From Candidatus Bathyarchaeota archaeon (GTDB taxonomy: Archaea > Thermoproteota > Bathyarchaeia > Bathyarchaeales > Bathycorpusculaceae): a stretch of 64,000 nt of DNA. Each line of letters begins with the position of its first letter. The stretch's first letter is position 1. The stretch is taken from assembly GCA_963780185.1 (NCBI GenBank), contig CAWABA010000009.1, positions 231,120 to 295,119 of the forward strand, given 5' to 3'. Below the pieces are notes generated by a model. It had not been told where the DNA came from and did not search any database. It saw nothing but the letters and a program-made list of their open reading frames with translations. Of this stretch, positions 60,161 through 64,000 are shown piece by piece. The position numbers and the translations under genes were made by a program.

Positions 60161-61350
60161 TTGAGCGACGCTCTCAAAGTAGCATTGGTGTCCCCAGAAT
60201 TTCCGCCGGCAACTATTGGCGGCATTGGGGCAGTAGCCAATGATCTAGCCATTAACCTGTCTCGAAAGGGCGTTCAAACCACTGTATTTTGCGGAAGATC
60301 GAACAAAATATCAGTCGAGCATCCAAGCACTAATTTAAGAATTGTGCGCATGCCCCTGTTGAGTTATCCACCCAGACATTTGTGGTTCCAAATCCAAAAT
60401 TTCGCGCCACTACTAAGTATGTTCAAGGAATTTGATGTTGTTCATAATCTTGACCCGCGCGGCGGACTGCTTGCACCTTACAGCAAAGGTCTTAAGCACC
60501 TTTCATCAGCCATGTTCACGGGTGCGGTCACTGCGAAACAGCGGTTTTTCTGAAATCTCCAGTATCCTCTTGGGCTATTGGGGATTTTGCCTACACTGTT
60601 CTTGAATATCCGCTTACAGAATTCTTGACTAATGCGTGTTTGCGTAACTCTGACTATTTGGTCGTCTGCAGTGCAGTTAGACTAGAGGAAATGAAAAGAA
60701 GAAACCCTGAATTAGACTATTCGAAAGTCTCCGTAATCTACAACGGCATTGATTTTAATAGAATTGATCCTGAAAACATTGGTTCGCGGGAGAAAGACGG
60801 ATCAGTTCTGTACCGGGGTCGGCTATACTACAACAAGGGTATCATTCACTAGTTAACGCTATGAAGATAGTTAAGAACAGTTATCCCGACGTAAGATTGG
60901 ATATGTGCGGGAAGGGGCCTTGGAAAACAAGCTCAGATCACTTGTGAAAAAGCTCGGCTTGGAGAAAAATGTCTATGTCCATGGCTATACGAAATACGCG
61001 GATTTGGTAGAGAAAATTAAATCCGCGAGCGTCATCGCACTTCCTAGTCTATACAAAGGCCAACCGGTAGCCGCGTTGGAAGCTATGGCCCACCGCAAGC
61101 CAGTTGTAATGTACGACTTTCCATTTGCTCGTGAATATATCTCTGACTGGAAAGACGGACTTATCGCAAAAGGGTGGGACGTACCAGATCTTGCGCATCG
61201 AATAGAAGCGGCATTATCTGACAAGAAGCTTCGTCTAAAACTATCCGAAAATGCCTATGCTCGCGTCAAAAGAAATCATAACTGGGATATGTTAGTTAAC
61301 GATTATATTAATCTCTATGGCAATCTGAGAATAAGAAGAAGTGACACTAC
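60161..61350 (+). CDS. GT4 glycosyltransferase, frameshifted
   Basis: VSPEFPP..GGIG, IYNGID, GRL...KG and PS...LEAMAHRKPVV; end approximate. Confidence 0.82.
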
Positions 61351-61351
61351 A

Positions 61352-62340
61352 ATGGCGTCTTTTATCAATAACTTACGTGGGAACTCTGTCGTCGTTACAG
61401 GTGGGGCTGGGTTCGTCGGTTCACATTTGGCTGAAGGTTATTTACCTTGGGCGCAGACGTTGTCGTTTTGGATAATCTTTCCACCAGTCAATGAGCAATC
61501 TTAACATCGCGAATGTGAAATTTGTTAATGGCGACATTCGCAATCCCGATTTGATGGATGGATTAATAAAAAATTCTGTTGCAGTATTTCACCTTGCTGA
61601 ATATATCCCTGAAACCGACAGCTATGGTGCAGGTCATGTTATCAAATATTCGTAGAAAATCCTTTACAAGATTTTGATGTCAGTTGCTTCGGAAGCCTGG
61701 TTGTTTTAGATAAATGTAGAAAATATGATAAGCCAATTGTATTCACTTCCTCAGCCGTTGTATACGGTGAATTGAAGGGTGAATCTTTGACCGAGGACTC
61801 GCCTACTACCCCATCTTCTCCCTACGGTGCGTCCAAACTCTGTGCCGAAACCTATATGGCCCTTTACTCAAGGCTTTACGGGCTCCCTGTTACAGTCACC
61901 AGATTTTGTAATCTGTATGGTCCGAGACAACGAAAGTACATTTTGTCGATCTTGCTGATGAAGTTGATGAAAAATCCCAAGAGGCTCGAGATACTAGGAA
62001 GTGGGTTTGAGCAACGAGATTTCGTTTACGTTGAAGATGCGGTGAGTGCAGTGTTGCTTGCTTCAAATGGCCATAGCTCTAGCGATGTGGTTTTCAATGT
62101 AGGTACTGGGGTTTCTACTTCTACCCGCAAGCTTGTTGAGGTTCTTCTTAAGGCCTAGGCTTTCAACCTGAAGTGGCTTTTACGCAGAATTCGTGGAAAG
62201 GAGATATCAAGAAGTTGGGAGCAAACTTTGAAAGAATAAAGTCACTGGGCTTTGAACCGCAAACCTCTCTTGAAGGCGGACTTAGACAAACAGTCGAATG
62301 GTTTAAAAACACATTTAATCCATCTTGGCAACAACAATAA
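61352..62340 (+). CDS. NAD-dependent epimerase/dehydratase, frameshifted
   Basis: VTGGAGFVGSH, SSAVVYG, PYGASK, NLYGPRQ and RDFVYVED. Confidence 0.85.
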
Positions 62341-62375
62341 GTCTCTGTACTAAAGCGTATTTGGTGCGTGATTCT

Positions 62376-63550
62376 ATGCGAATAACTTGGGCTGCAGATT
62401 TAGTCTTCGATTTGGATTTGCACAAAACCAGCCGTTTACAGATTTTACAGAGCCTTTCAAAGAGAGGAAACCACACTGAATTCATCGGTGCAAGGTCAGA
62501 CTTCAGTTTAATCAGAAAATTGGCAAAGAACCTCATTTAATTTTGAATGCCCTTTGCGTTACTTGCCTCTAATCGAGCCTCTTTTTTTCTCATTATTGTT
62601 GGCTTTTTTTCTTCCGTTCTACATATTTCGTAAAAAACCTGATTACATGATACTTGAGCCGGAGCTATCAGTTTTAGGAACGATGCCTCCGTAGCTGTAT
62701 CGAAACTCACTAAAACACATTTGAGTCCTAGATATACGAAGTACTCCAGTGGAATCCCAGGGCCCTACAAGGACTTTCAAGGCTTTTTCATTTAGCTCTT
62801 CTGTTCTTATACCAAAGTCTCTTTTTTCGGGTATAACGATTATTACGCCTATGATGAGGAAAGAGATCAGTGAAGCGTACCGAATGGGCCGGCGAAAATA
62901 GGCGTTTGGACAACGGGTGTCAATACCGAACTCTTCGACAAGGCAAAACCCGTTTCTAAAGATGATTCTTTGAGAAAAGAAAATGGTCTTTCAAACAGTT
63001 TTGTTGTCTTCTATCATGGTCATCTTTTCTTCCGCGATTTTTAATTGAGACCGTCAATGCAATGAAACTACTTGCGGGCAAGCATGATGACATCAAACTC
63101 TTTGTATTAGGCTCTGGTCCGATTGTCGGTGAGCTTAAATCTTTGGTTAAATCGTCAAACCTTGAAAGAACTGTAATTATTACATGGTCCTGTTGATTAC
63201 GAACTGGTCCTTAATTTCATCAGTCTCGCTGACGTATGCGTTATACCTTTCCCAGATCATCCCGATTGGAGATCCCAATGTCCATTAAAGCTGCTGGAGT
63301 ATTTGGCTATGGAAAAAACCATTGTTTTGTCAGATATCCCCGCTCACCGGATGGTTGTTAAAATTGGAGTCTGCGGAATTTACGTAACCTCAACAGAACC
63401 AGATAGTATAGCAAGAGCAATTGAATATGCCTACGATAACAAAGAAAAGCTGTCAGTTGGGGAAAAGTCGGAAGAGAAATAGTTGAAAGAAATTTTACTT
63501 GGGACCAAGTAGCAGAAAAACTTGAGAATTACCTTGTATCGAGAGAATAA
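62376..63550 (+). CDS. GT4 glycosyltransferase, heavily frameshifted
   Basis: GVNTELF, GSGP, QCPLKLLEYLAMEK.IVLSDIPAH and FTWDQVAEKLENYL in several frames. Confidence 0.75.
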
Positions 63551-63765
63551 GGGCAGATCCGTTCATAAACCGAAAAGACTCTGAGCCGTTTATAATTTAT
63601 GTAATTCTATGTTTTGATATCTTGGCGTTGCCTCAAGAGCGTGAAGTTCTGAATGACGGTATTTTTGTTCGTGTCTCTCAGGGCATTTATATCGTCGTCT
63701 AATTTCTTTAGAGATTGCTGGAAAGAATAAGCCTCCTTGATGTGCAACTAAAAAATTTTTTGAGG

Positions 63766-64000
63766 CTAAACTTCGCCGCAAACTATGTTCATAATATTCG
63801 CTGTTTCATTTGCTGACAAATTGGCGCTTGAAACTGGATCTTCATAAGGAAGGTATTCTCCGTAGTTATACCCGTACTGGTGCCATTGTCTGCCGGCAAG
63901 AGGTAAACTATCCAAGAAAGAAACCTCGTTGGACAATACTGTTGTCCAAGTGTTTGTGTAATTCCTACGGATCACACTCATTGGATTAAAACCGTATTCT
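63766..64000 (-). CDS. 3' end of an unidentified gene (partial)
   Basis: Open frame from the window end to TAG at 63766; the true stop may lie further on if frameshifted. Confidence 0.35.
   Translation of the reverse strand, partial: EYGFNPMSVIRRNYTNTWTTVLSNEVSFLDSLPLAGRQWHQYGYNYGEYLPYEDPVSSANLSANETANIMNIVCGEV

Noticed and set aside
60905-61504. GT4-epimerase fusion implied by the ORF track
   Set aside because: Most likely an indel removed the GT4 stop; the epimerase has its own ATG at 61352
1-64000. CRISPR array, cas genes, transposases, integrases
   Set aside because: No regularly spaced repeat-spacer array and no recognisable Cas, transposase or recombinase motifs were found by eye

Overview
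Archaeal chromosomal window, most likely Bathyarchaeia. This is inferred from gene content (eL22, NucS, MvhD, DUF1512, IPE/LPE-tailed surface proteins), not from a marker search. Core genes: trpS, map, nucS, mscL, mvhD, eL22, a LipS1-like radical SAM enzyme, 5S rRNA, tRNA-Ile(GAT) and tRNA-Arg(TCG). Accessory patches lie between them, and a surface-glycan/EPS locus fills about 45-64 kb. Main observations: (1) a translationally coupled operon at 25.8-29.2 kb encodes a short, apparently hingeless SMC with Smc5/6-type head motifs, a kleisin-like protein and a KITE-like protein; (2) an unannotated box C/D sRNA has a D guide predicting 2'-O-methylation of 16S C1402 (E. coli numbering), and its 3' 13 nt recur 2.2 kb away, bracketing a SAMHD1-like dNTPase gene; (3) the same 'cargo followed by an echo of the anchor gene's 3' end' pattern appears at two other loci; (4) there are several operator-like repeats, structured RNA candidates and Cys-rich micro-ORFs missed by the ORF track. 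Many single-base frameshifts, densest after 51 kb, look like sequencing/assembly indels. All calls come from manual motif reading; no searches were run.
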